Source: Catajapyx aquilonaris (lineage: Eukaryota). From it: DNA of 64,000 bases. The DNA lies in NCBI GenBank assembly GCA_000934665.2, contig JYFJ02000570.1:1-64000 (forward strand). The letters are read 5' to 3'. This document shows positions 1 to 11,555 of this stretch, one piece after another. Each line of letters begins with the position of its first letter. Within the stretch, counting starts at the first letter, position 1. The notes below the pieces were generated by a model. That model saw nothing but the letters and a program-made list of their open reading frames with translations, made no database searches and was not told the origin of the DNA. The position numbers and the translations under genes are program-made.

Positions 1-509
1 TAGGTAAGACATGGCTCTGAGAAATTTGAGCGCTCTCCGTGCCCGGGAAGTGGCTTAATTAGGCGTGACATACATACATTTATTAATACGTACAAATTTT
101 GAGCTTTATATATATGGGGATATTTGATCATGTGCATTAAATCTTGGAGAATAATTTCAGTGCGAAAGGAAGATATGTGTTGTTCTCCTGATGTCAAGTT
201 TCCATACAGTGGGCCCTCCCAATCGCTGGGGGATTGGTTCTGTTTGTTCTAGCACCCCACCCCCCACTGCATTCTCCATACATGTGGTAGTGTAAGGCTT
301 TTAGAAACCTGTGTTTGGAACCTAGTCTGATTTGTTGCTTCTTTTCAATGTGGTTGCTGGATAAGAATTCATAACTTTCTTCCCTACCACTTGAAATGGG
401 GGCTTGGACTCTGCACCACCCTGTATGATTTCCACATAAATTCAAACTGAATGACCTACAACACCACTGCCCTAAAAATTAATACCACGCTACTGTTTTT
501 ATTTTCCAG

Positions 510-623
510 CTCGAACTGGATTATGCAGAAGAGGAGGTATCCCTGAGCAACTTCCCGCTGTCTGCTGCCTTGACCTGCACCAAGCTGTGCTCGGGATTTG
601 AGGAAGTGTGGGGAGTTGTTTGA
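510..623 (+). CDS. EMG1: Terminal coding exon of 18S rRNA pseudouridine N1-methyltransferase EMG1/NEP1 (upstream exons lie outside the window)
   Basis: Acceptor ttttccag|510; translates LELDYAEEEVSLSNFPLSAALTCTKLCSGFEEVWGVV*, matching the characteristic EMG1/Nep1 C-terminus (..SISNYPLSAALTCAKL..AFEEVWGV). Absent from the ORF track because it has no start codon. Confidence 0.92.
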   Translation, partial: LELDYAEEEVSLSNFPLSAALTCTKLCSGFEEVWGVV

Positions 624-889
624 AACCTGTTGGTTACGACATAGACTAGAACAACTCTTTATTAAACATCTTCAACATCAACATGGACAGAAGGGAAAGC
701 AGTACAGTGGAAAAGGGGATGGAACACTTTAAAATGAGAAACAGAACACTGGCTGGTCTCTATACAAAAATATAAAACAAAAGGTAGAGCCTGTTAAATA
801 GACATGTCATAATAATATTAATTAATAAAAAAACCAGACAGGAGGAATGGAACATCGGACGGTTTTCAGTTGCTGCACCAGCCTTGGGG

Positions 890-2868
890 TCAGTCTCGGT
901 GCATCATGTATGGGTAGTGGGGGTAGTAGGGGCGAGGAGGGAGGCGTCTCTGCGGCTGCGGCTGCATTGCCTGGGGGTGAGCTTGGGGATGAGCTTGAGG
1001 ATGAGCTTGAGGATGAGCTTGAGGATGAGCTTGGGGATGAACCTGGGGATGAGTCTGTAGAGAAGCCTCAGAGTGAGGCTGTGTATGTGCCTGTGCCTGC
1101 ACTTGCGAATGCACCTGAGACATGGTAGTTGGAGGAGGATGTCTGGTTGGTGTTGGATGGTGCATTTGCGAAGCATAATGCTGCAGGTAGTAAGGATTTT
1201 GTGGGTGGTGTGGATGGTGACTCGGATGTGTTGGATAAACAGGGATGGGCGCCACTGCAGATGGTGGTGGGCGTGGGCCATTTGTATTGTCTCGTCGGAC
1301 TGGCTGGAATGAGTGTGGGTGGGCCTGTGGTTCAAAATTCAGCTGATAACCGTGTGTTTGTGGGGTTTCTTTCCCTGCCCTGACTACTGCTGAAAGGGGC
1401 ACCATCCGCCGTTGAGTCTGTGGCACAGCTGCTTGCTGTTGCTGTGCTAATCGTTGGTCATTTGATGATGACACTGCAACACTGCCTGCCTGTGTCACCT
1501 GCCTAGGTACAGGCATGGTAGAGGCGCTGCTCATCTGGTAGCTTGGGTGGTGCATTGATGGCCTTGCTTGTTGTTGTTGGCGTTGTTGCTGTTGTGGAAG
1601 CTGCTGCTGCTGCTGTTGCTGATGCTGCTGTTGCTGCTGTTGCTGATGTGCCTGCTGTGCCTGCTGTACCTGCTGATGATGCACCTGCTGTTGATGAGCC
1701 TGCTGTATAGCCACCCTTCCCTGATGTTGCTGATACCGTGCATGGTAGAGCTCCTTCAGGGCTCTTGCCTTCTCTTCCTCGATACATCTCAGCTGATCCA
1801 GCTCTGCTTGCCTCAGCTTCTGGAGCTGGGCTATTTCCTGGCGCATCAAGGCTGCCTGGTAGCGTGGTGACATTGGGCGCTGATATTGTGATGGTGCAGT
1901 AGTTGTCACAGGCGTTACTGTGGCAGCTACCCTCGTAAGAGTCACCGGCATCATTTGTACCCTGGTCAGTGTTTCAGGAGGTCCTACCTTGGTTGTCACT
2001 GTCACTGCCGGGATGCTTGACTTTGGTGAGGTTGTTGAAGGAATGATCGGGACTGGCTCTATGCTGGTGTCTGATGGCAGTGACAACCCTTGACGTGTTA
2101 GAGGTGCCTCTGCATTCTTAACGTACACTATTGCCACTTCATCCTCATTTGGCTTTGGTCCTATGCTTTGATATTGGGATGGTGGCGGAACTTTTTGAGA
2201 CAATGGCACTGGTCCAGGAACCCTAACTGGACCATACGGTGGGTGTGGTACTCCTGCATAAGGTGACTGCTGCCACTGCATCTGCATGCTCTTCTTCCAC
2301 GATCCACTGTCAGTTGTGGTTGTTGTGCAGGGTGGTCCCCATTTAGACATACTTGAGGTGTTTGGTGGCATCCACTGTGATGCTGTTGTGGCATTGTCAT
2401 GCATTGGGTTGTAACTGGCCAGAAGCAATTGATGGAGTATGACTGGAGATGGAGCCACTAAATCTGTGCCTGTTGCCAGGGCTGCAGCAGCACCATGGTT
2501 ACTATCCTCAGTGTCACTTATGGGAGTGTAGCAAGGTCTAGGAGGAGCAGGCAGCTGTAAAGTTGTATTTGGTTCTACGGCAGGAGGCATTGGATCAGAG
2601 TGTGGTGTTGCAGGTGGTGCTGTGTTGGTCCTCTCTGGCACAGGACTGCTGCCGGCATCCTCAGGGGCGCTGCTCGAGCCATTAGGAAGTGCACTGGTAG
2701 AAGAGGTTGACCTGCGCCGGGGAGGCATGACCACTCCATTATTGCCGTTTGCCCCGTTGCGAATCTTCTCCTCCAGCCAATTGTACCCAGGCAGCTCCTG
2801 AGCCAAACGCCTTTTACGAGCAGCTTCCTCACACTGCTGGCTCCGAACCTGTTGCTCCTTGCGAGACA
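890..2868 (-). CDS. Gene A terminal exon (Q/P/H-rich)
   Basis: Long ORF; polypyrimidine tract plus AG at 2869-2870; TGA at 890-892. The first ~36 aa of the listed ORF are intronic. Confidence 0.8.
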
Positions 2869-5800
2869 CTGAAGAGGAGAAGAAACATGATAAGATTATG
2901 GCCTGGTACAGGGTCCAACCTTGTGCAATCATTACATAAGTAGCATGGCACCAATGATAAAGAGTGTGGCTGTGCAAATCTCACCATGTATAATATTTCA
3001 TAAATCACATTTCTAATATGGACTGGTAGGAGTAGTTGCACATAATTATGAATTTGTCCCAATGATGTCCCTACATAAGCAGAATATTTACAACAATATC
3101 TCCATTTTTGAAAAGGGGTGGACTTGGGCCATTTTCATTCTTACCGATACAGAAATACACTACTGCCAATGACCACTCCTCTTTTTCATTTATAGCCAGT
3201 CTATTCTGTGGTGAGTGGTGACACAATCGCATACGTTACCAAATGCGAAGACTCTTTTCGTGAAATTGAACCAAGTCGGACTGGCATGTGTATTTTGGGA
3301 CGAGACTTATCAATAATGTAATATAATGGTTCAGTTCTTCCCGTCTCCTCTTGTCATTTATTCAAGACGTTTACACTTTCTATACTCTATGATTCCTTTA
3401 AGTCTGGGCTGACGTCACCATTGTTGTCATTTATGAGCAAGCCACCATATCAAAAACAACAAAAGTGACCTGCCAGTCAAAAAAGAATCAGAGAACTTTC
3501 TCGAAACGAAATGTCGATCGAAGCATTTTTCTAACGACGATATACTGGCACAAAATACCGTCACATCCTACAGTTTCATTATAAATGTCATGAACGCACC
3601 GAACGCCTAAGTTAATTTCCGTACCTCGCAATTACATCATCCAAATATCCGCCTCGGTACTCCAGAAATGTCACCATTAATCTAATATTGCCCTTCCTTT
3701 GAGTTTCCTGGTCCGACGGACGCTCCTTGTTTTTTTTCCCCCCCTTGAGAGCCCAACATTCCCAACTAGATTTATTTTAAAAATAGTATGCCATCCTTGA
3801 CAGTTTGCGCAAGCTTGATTTAATGAACGACCGGAAATAGGTCGAGTGGAAAAAAATGGTGACCATATCTGAGACTTCATAAACAACTCGATAAGAAACC
3901 TTTCGACTCTCAAGGAACTTCGATGCGAAAGAAATAACTAACCGGAAATTCAAGATCCTGCACAGCACAGAAAAGCCGAAACATTTCTCCCAGTGTTTTA
4001 TAATTAAGTTAGTCTCAAAAAATCGCAAAAAGATTTTCTTCCTTAAGATTTCTCTCGGATATACACTTACATGTTTTCTCAGAATATTAACCTGCAAACC
4101 TACAGGTGGCGAAGCTCATCCTATACTGTGAATACAGAAAGTTTCCACGTGGAATACTATACAGATCCGACACCTGCCATCAAAATGGTTCATTTGCAGG
4201 TAAATAATGCAACTGCAACATAAGCCTATTGTATTGAATGCAGAACATGTTGCAAACACATGTTCGCTATTATATATCGACTCCTATCCAAGCAGAGGCA
4301 TGCCAGCTCTGGATGCCTCTTTGGTCAAAATAGGAAACCAACATATGTGGACCAGAAAATTGTGAACAAAGACTGTGCCTGTATGTGTGATTTCACATAA
4401 CCATAAATAAATCGCAATATCTCACAGTATGCTGGACCACGTGCTAATGGTGTAAACATTAAATTTTTCTTGCTCGAGGGGTTTACTAGTCACTCAAGTA
4501 ACCCTGTGAGTGACCCGTTGTGTTGGCTAGATAAAAAAATCATTTCATGTTTATTTCTATGTTAAAAAATTGGTTCCACTGGATAGAATGCCCCTTCCCC
4601 AACCAGTCAGGTCCATAGCCAATAACTTAATAACATTAAACAAATCCCTTCCTTGTTCACTATATGCCCCTCACAAAAAATTCCCTGATTTGACATAAAT
4701 GCAGACATATGATTGGAAACTACAAAATTGTGTCCCCGGTAACATGATAGGTAGATGTAATACTCGTCCGTCCCAAGATAAAAAAAATACCCATCCGCAC
4801 TCTGCAGTATTAACTCTAAATCTACAGTGCATGGAAACCAATACATGTACCATACACGCCAAGTAATTAGTTGCCTACGAACGGTATGGAACGTGACTGA
4901 GCTGTGAGCTTAGCAAGTTCTGATAAACAATAGCCAATGTCATGGGGGGTACAGTAGCACATAAATGTGCACATCGATTAAGAATACAGAAACCTTGATA
5001 ATTCCGCGACGAATGCAGTTAGCGACATTCGTCTACAGGTTGTTTCATGATTCTGATCATTTGGAGGTTGGCATGTGAAGATGAGCAAATTATGGCAACC
5101 CACTCAACCCATCTTCCGATCTAGATCTCACGGCGGAGATACAGGGATCAGATGCAATTTTGACAACTATTCTCGCGTCAATAAGCACACTAACAAGCAC
5201 AATAACTGAGAGAAGCTCTAACGACGTCCGTGTCAACCCGGAGATGTCTGCGCTCCAGTGTACCGGTCATAATCGTGTGACGTACAATAGTCTATTTGGG
5301 TCATCACCATCCTATAACAAGGTCCGTCTCCATCACCATGCTCTAGACGCATATAATTCCCAAATTAGTTACGAAAACACTGCTTACCTCGCCTCCGACG
5401 TCGCGGTGTCTCCTCTCCGTCGCTCCCGCCCTTCCTCTTGCGACCGACGCTCTCTGGAGATGATACCTCCATCTCCGCTGTATCCGTCACCTCAGTCCCA
5501 GACACCCCGTCCGTCATCTTCTCCACTTCAGAGGTGCTCTTCTCAACAGCCTCCGTGTCCTCTTGGGTAGTCTTATCTTGGGCTACGTCCTCCTGGGTGA
5601 CGGTCGCCTCCTGGGTGACGGTCCCCTCCTGGGTGACGGTCGCCTCCTGGGTGACGGTCGCCTCCGTGGTCGACTTTTCTGTTGTCACAGTCGTGCATGT
5701 CTCTGGCTCTTCCTCCTTAGTTTTCTCCTCATTCTTTTCGGTGGGTTCTACCTCTTTGCCAGTTTCTTCGACTGCAATATCCTCAAGTCTCTCTTCCTTC

Positions 5801-8800
5801 ATCTCTTGCTCACCTTTTTCAACCTCTTCCACTTCCTTACCACCATCTTCTTCTCCCTCTTCCTCCGGATCCTCAACTATTCTCAACTCAGGCGACCCCT
5901 GCGAAGACCTCCCTGACTTATCCTCCTCTGGCAGCTCCTCCTCTTCCTCAAATTTGGTCGTCGACGACTCAGTCTCAATCGGCATAGATTGAGTCGCCTC
6001 CGGAGGACTCGACAACTGCGGCGCTGGCGACATTGGCACTGTAACAGTGGACGTCGCAGGCGACGACATCGGCGTCGACGACGGCGAAGGCGACGTCTCT
6101 GACGGTGGCGGCTTCAGTGGCTTTATCTTCACCCTGACCTGGTGTACAACATCGCCCTCTTCAGAATCGTCCTCCCACCTGCGACGATGCTTTCTATGTC
6201 GCTTGTGATGGTGGTGCTTCCTTCGACGATGCCCCTCACGAGGCTTTTCCACCTCCTCCTTGTCCTCTGTACATTCCTCTTCCTCTTCGGCCACCGATGG
6301 ATCTGTAGTATGGTTGCTGTTGACCTCTGGTTCCTCCTGCAGAACTGTTGTCTGCTCCTGAAGAACTGTCTTTGTTTGCTCCTGAAGAACTGCCTTCGGC
6401 TGTTCCTCCAGTACTGGCTTCTCGGGACTGCCGAGGGCAAAGCTGCAACAATAACAAATTGTGGACTATGTCAGAAAGGTACACAATTTCGGTACACATC
6501 GCTTCGGAAAGGAACAAGGTCTCATGACTTATTCTGTGTCCGCCACTCCGATATCAGGGTGGGCAGGTGGGTGGGGTTTCATTACTACAGCTGCTACGAA
6601 CATTGATTCCATGCTTTGAGAAACTAAATCGAGCTGCTCCACAAACACAAGGTCAGAGATGGTAATACTGGACCTATCTGATGTGTCCAAAAGCATGGTT
6701 AATGACCTGCTCGGAAAGTACATTTTACTAATTGTCTGCCACTCTGCTAGGTAAAAGTGGCAATCGCTTTGCTAATTAGAGAGGTGCATTATTATTGCAG
6801 GTGTAACATGGATGCACTTGGCGGCATGTTATGTGCTGTGGCGACATCAGTTCAAAATACACGGTTTGGGTCGAGAGGGTTTTTCTATTTCCAGCTTGGA
6901 AATACGGTCATTGAAATAAATGTTTCACAGAGCAAACTTTAATGAAATTGCTACAGTGACGAATTCGGAGAGGTATACAGCACTGTGCTTGCACGCCTGA
7001 GTGTACTACACTCAGATTAAAGCAATTACCAGCACAAAATTTTAAAAAACTTCATTTATATTCAACTGACGGTTAAAAGGTCCACGCACTGTGCCATTTC
7101 AATTGACACTATATCGTCGCCATATGTAAGTGAAATCCAACAAATCCAATTCTAGGGGTCATGAATTATGTACACTACTAAGTCGCAATTTTTCTGCTCC
7201 AGCGTTTGGTGACATCTATTTAGGCCTAAATATTCATAATCAGTCAGCAAGGCAGGACTTTCTGTATTCGCTAGTAATGTAATCTTTGTAGTTTTTTTTT
7301 TTTTTTACTTACTTGACTTAATGCCCACTACATGTATTGTATGGGGGCAATGCATAATACAAAATGCAGAAAGGCATGCCATTTGCGGAAAATTATTCCA
7401 CACAAAGAACCTTAGAGGTCAATTTCCTAGGATATTTCCAATGGCCTATTATATGTCGGGTCTAAAATTTGTGCAACTTATTGATTATCAAAATTATGCA
7501 TCACAGGCATGTACAAATTTATCTGCACAATTTCTCAAAAATATGTCTCAAAATCCGCAACATCCTGCAATATTTACACTACTAGTATACCTGCAGTCCT
7601 ATCTAGCACACGGATTACTGGTTGACCAGCATAAGAAACTAAATACAACAAAACGAAGTAGGCCTTCTGTGTAATGATACAGGTCATTTCCTGTACTTAT
7701 AGCGCATTATTCTCAACACTGAACCCGCATGTATCAAAACAGACCATAGATGATACAAGTGAACAGCACCGAAATTGCAGGTAGCCATATCGTCTGTAAA
7801 TACATACTTCTATAAGTGTATGTACTTTATAGGATCACATGGACAGCAGACCCAATTTTCGTTTCCATATCCTGCACGTACTAGCATTAGGCCTATGAAT
7901 TATACCCACCGATCCTGTGTAGCCCATGTTAAAATATGAATCAAGCTGCATTGACAATACTTTGGCACTACTTGTTTTTCAATATTATCCGGCTCTCAGA
8001 GATAGGCATATGTATGGAACAAAACAACTGGTTCAAAACATAAAGCCATAGAATGCGACAGTCAAAACATGAGGTCCGTTTGGGTTTTTTTTTTCTCCAG
8101 GCACACCCCCAACTTCCTTCCCAAACCTATCAATAACCCGCACAAGAACCAATAATAATTGACAGACCAGACGGTCGAAAATAACTAATATTCCTCCCAT
8201 TTTCGCAATCAGGTGTTCACTCCATTGTGAAATCATCGCGTACCGGTAATTACAATATAAGTGTAACCACGACATACCTGAAGATACTGTCGGATTTCGT
8301 ACGTAGCACCCTTGTTGCCATTACTATACGTTACACCAAGAGCTAATAACTTATTAGCTCTTGGTTACACTAACCATGACAACAAAGACTGCCTGCAATA
8401 TTGCAATAGTATGGAACAAAAAAGGGCAACTTTCCTGAAGTAACTGTGGCGTAACGAACGATACACTGAATCATGGCTTTTTTGCGGAATTATGTTACCT
8501 TGGCGCATATGTATAAATATGTGCGACTACACTACAAGCACGGAGGGAATATTAGGGAACGCATGCACAACGTCACCAAAGCAACATATCATACTCACTT
8601 GAAACACGACTGCACCGTCCTGGGTTCGCATGGTGCCGCATATTGTATAACGCAGGGTCTGACCGGCTGCTGTACGGGAGACAACATTGGAGGTCCAGGA
8701 GAAGTGGAGGCCGGTGGAGGCGGTGTCCCAGGAGGGCTCATCATGGGAGGGCTGGTGTTGTCCCCGTTGGCCGTCCTGTCCTCCTCTTCAGTGTTAGCCG

Positions 8801-9152
8801 GTTGGTGGACCCCGTTCCTCCTGCCAGCCCCCCTCCCCCTGGTCAGCCTGTAGGAACCCCTGGCGCTCTTGACCATCACTCGACTGCTCCTCAACATCAG
8901 CTCGTCCAGCTTCCTCAACAGGAGCCTCGGACTGCTCCTGAGGGCAGACTCCTTCAGCTCCTCGTGGGTCGGCTTCTTCTTCCCCGGTTCTCTTTGTAGG
9001 TTGTTGGACTTGACCACCTTTGGGATGGGTACAGGCGCCAACAGAGGAGGCGCCACACTCTCCTTGCACAACCTCATTGTCGCCGGCCTCAGTCCACTAG
9101 GGGGTACCGGCTCATCGTCGTGTTCCCTGCAACAGTGGCCGGCGGGTCCCAT
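890..9152 (-). CDS. Gene A: uncharacterised ~1195-aa low-complexity, probably nuclear protein; coding exons 9152-8599, 6442-5388, 2868-890
   Basis: Three long ORFs join through canonical phase-matched sites: AA|gtgagt (8599) to ttgcag|C (6442), phase 2; G|gtaagc (5388) to ctcttcag|TG (2868), phase 1. Total 3588 nt = 1195 aa + stop. Contains basic NLS-like tracts (HRRRKHHHHKRHRKHRRR, RKRK..RRRRR), an acidic E/T-rich region, poly-Q and P-rich regions. No recognisable domain; the start codon is uncertain (possible acceptor at 9167-9168). Confidence 0.75.
969..1056 (-). repeat. Coding 12-bp tandem repeat encoding (QAHP)n in gene A
   Basis: Plus-strand unit gagcttgaggat/gagcttggggat, about 7 copies; protein reads QTHPQVHPQAHPQAHPQAHPQAHPQAHPQA. 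Confidence 0.9.
5388..6442 (-). CDS. Gene A middle exon (acidic, basic His/Arg tract, ATVTQE repeats)
   Basis: Frame of ORF 5365-6294 stays open upstream to the acceptor at 6443-6444 (FALGSPEKPVLEEQ...); donor G|gtaagc at 5387. Confidence 0.8.
5591..5662 (-). repeat. Coding 18-bp tandem repeat x4 encoding (A/G)TVTQE in gene A
   Basis: tcctgggtgacggtcgcc x4 with a single substitution. Confidence 0.95.
8599..9152 (-). CDS. Gene A first identified coding exon
   Basis: GC-rich 185-aa ORF ending at a phase-2 donor AA|gtgagt compatible with the next exon. Confidence 0.7.
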
Positions 9153-11492
9153 CAGTCCCGACTGACCTATATCTACAATGCGTGCAATGCCAAGTGTCTG
9201 TGTGTACAGGTGGGCGTGTGCGTGTGACGAGGGTGGAGTTCACTTCTCTGTCCAAACATGCGTAACTACCTGCTTGTTGCCCATTTTTTTATTGTCCCAA
9301 TAAAGGTCGTTATATTCGATCGGCCAGAGCCGCCGTGCCACGTGGAATTTCCATGGGGCCGAAACGTGGACCAATGGCAGGCCTCTAGTATACCTACCCC
9401 CCCGACGGAACTGGACACTCGATTCGAGCATGTGCCAAGAATAGCGTGGTTCAAGTGCACCGTTGGGACAACCGCCCCCGACTGCCGTAACTGGCCATCA
9501 TCAATGCTCAAAACCGGACCAAAATAATGGTGCTTGAGAACATACGATTGGTGGCACGGAACCTGCCGATGACCAAACCCCTTATTTGTACCGGCCCATA
9601 AACACATCGATATGACAATACATTGTACGAACATGCGCAGACGTTTTTCCCCGTATTCTGCCACAAAAAGTGTCGATGTAAAACAAAGGCAGTGGGACAG
9701 AGTACAACGTCCTACCCTTCCCGAACAAACAGTTCTATCAATAGATTGCAAATAAATCCATATATTTTTACTGCGGTCCATTCAAGTCCCGACACCGATA
9801 CATTCAGATGGATTTATTGACCAATGCATGATTCAAGTAACGGCCATTACTTGCACTATGCTCGTTGCCCTTACGGAGTTCCCATGAATCTAGCACAAAC
9901 TGACCCCCATCAAATGTCTGATTGCACTATTCAAAAACTCATAGGTTCGTCCATATAATTCGACCTTTTTCGGCGTGACACCCCCTGTTACCTTGATTAT
10001 GAAAAATAGCTATATTGACTGCTGTCTCCTTAACACCTGTATATAGTTACGTCCTGACCTTGGACATACAGGCGATTTTTCTGTCGTCCCCGCCACTCCG
10101 GGTCAATAGGGGTTCAATACAGAACACATCACCGTAATGAGACAGCCCCCCTTGTAGCCCACAGAAACCATACCTGTCCCGCCCATATTCCATTACAACA
10201 GTCACTCTACAGGTTATGGATCAAATTGCCTTACCAATATTTTTCCATAGTCGAATAAATTTTGGATGCTATAAATGCACTTTGTTTCATCTGAGAATCA
10301 CACCTTAGCTATTTTCAAGGCTATTGTTGCATCCATTCCTTCACATTCCGCCATTAGCATATCAATAAATAAGCAGGGCTGACTTGGCATGCACGTACAG
10401 TACGGTTGCGATCGCGAGTGGCGTAAACATGACGCGAAAGGAAATTGTCATCGACCACTGATTAACTACCTACTTCCGTCTGCAAAATGGTCGGTTGCTA
10501 GGGTGGACAGCCTCAGGGGAGAAAGAATACCACAAAAAAATGTGGCGAATCCTCCAGTCATTATATATATCGCGCTTTTTTGTGTACGTGCAATGCATCT
10601 ACTTGTGAAACTATGACCTTGACGTGAAGGCAGTGCATATCAGCCAATGTCACACTTGCTAATAAAGTCACGCATGTTTTCGGCTAGTATATCTAGCATC
10701 CGCCCACTCTGTTGTTGCTGGTCACGATATCGCCCAAAAAAAAAACATTGCAATTGCATCTACCCACATCCATTTCTGGCTACCCCACTATCAAGTTTCT
10801 AAAAAAAAAAATAGCAACTCCTCCTAATGAGACCTAGTCATCACACTGTTCAAAGCTTCCTACCGGAAGAGATAAGCTTCTCGCCATTTCCTCACGTTCA
10901 AATTCGGACTCTTATGGCTGCTTCCTCCAATGCTGCCAATAGGGAACGCGCCCCCGCAAGAGCATCTGTTGCATACACTGCAGTTAGTGATGCGGGAGGT
11001 AAGCAATTCCCTATATAGAAACAACGGGGCAATTGCTATGGTTACATTTAGCCAGCAACTCGACGCCTGGGTGCCCCAGAAAAATGAGCACGTAACCATG
11101 ACGATACCACCTTATATAGCTTGTGTAAAGTACCCTGACAGTCTCCCTAGATACAGGTCGCGTATTCCAGGAAAAGCAAAAGCACAGGTAATGACATCCG
11201 TCCTTTGGTATATCTGAAGCTATTTTGGTCGCTCTTTGCTGTCTCTTACTGTCCTGTACACCTAAAGCCTACATCGTTTAGGATTATAGCATTTAGCCTC
11301 AACCAACCCTTATATACACACATTTTTTTTTTCTTCCTTATCCCGCTTTTGTAGCATCCCTTTGATGTGGCTGGTCCTTTAGATAAAATGACAAATGCGA
11401 CCTCTCCCATGCTGCGAAGGATGAACGCTTGAGTTGTCCTCAAGATCGGATTCAGACGGTAAAGGTGAACATGCCCTGACCCCAAACTACGC

Positions 11493-11555
<63 letters not shown>
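11493..11555. repeat. (AAT)21 microsatellite
   Basis: Perfect uninterrupted AAT run of 63 nt. Confidence 0.97.

Noticed and set aside
1..10. tag|gtaag as the donor of the previous EMG1 exon
   Set aside because: The next exon starts in phase 0, which would make the preceding codon TAG, so it cannot be supported from the visible sequence.
847..1870. Plus-strand ORFs (ELEDELED repeat, poly-Leu)
   Set aside because: Antisense shadows of the QAHP and poly-Q coding repeats of gene A.
969..5662. Short tandem arrays as CRISPR-like repeats
   Set aside because: No spacers; they are coding minisatellites in a eukaryotic gene.
5438..5992. 184-aa Ser/Val-rich plus-strand ORF
   Set aside because: Antisense to the acidic exon of gene A; its composition is explained by reverse-complement codons.
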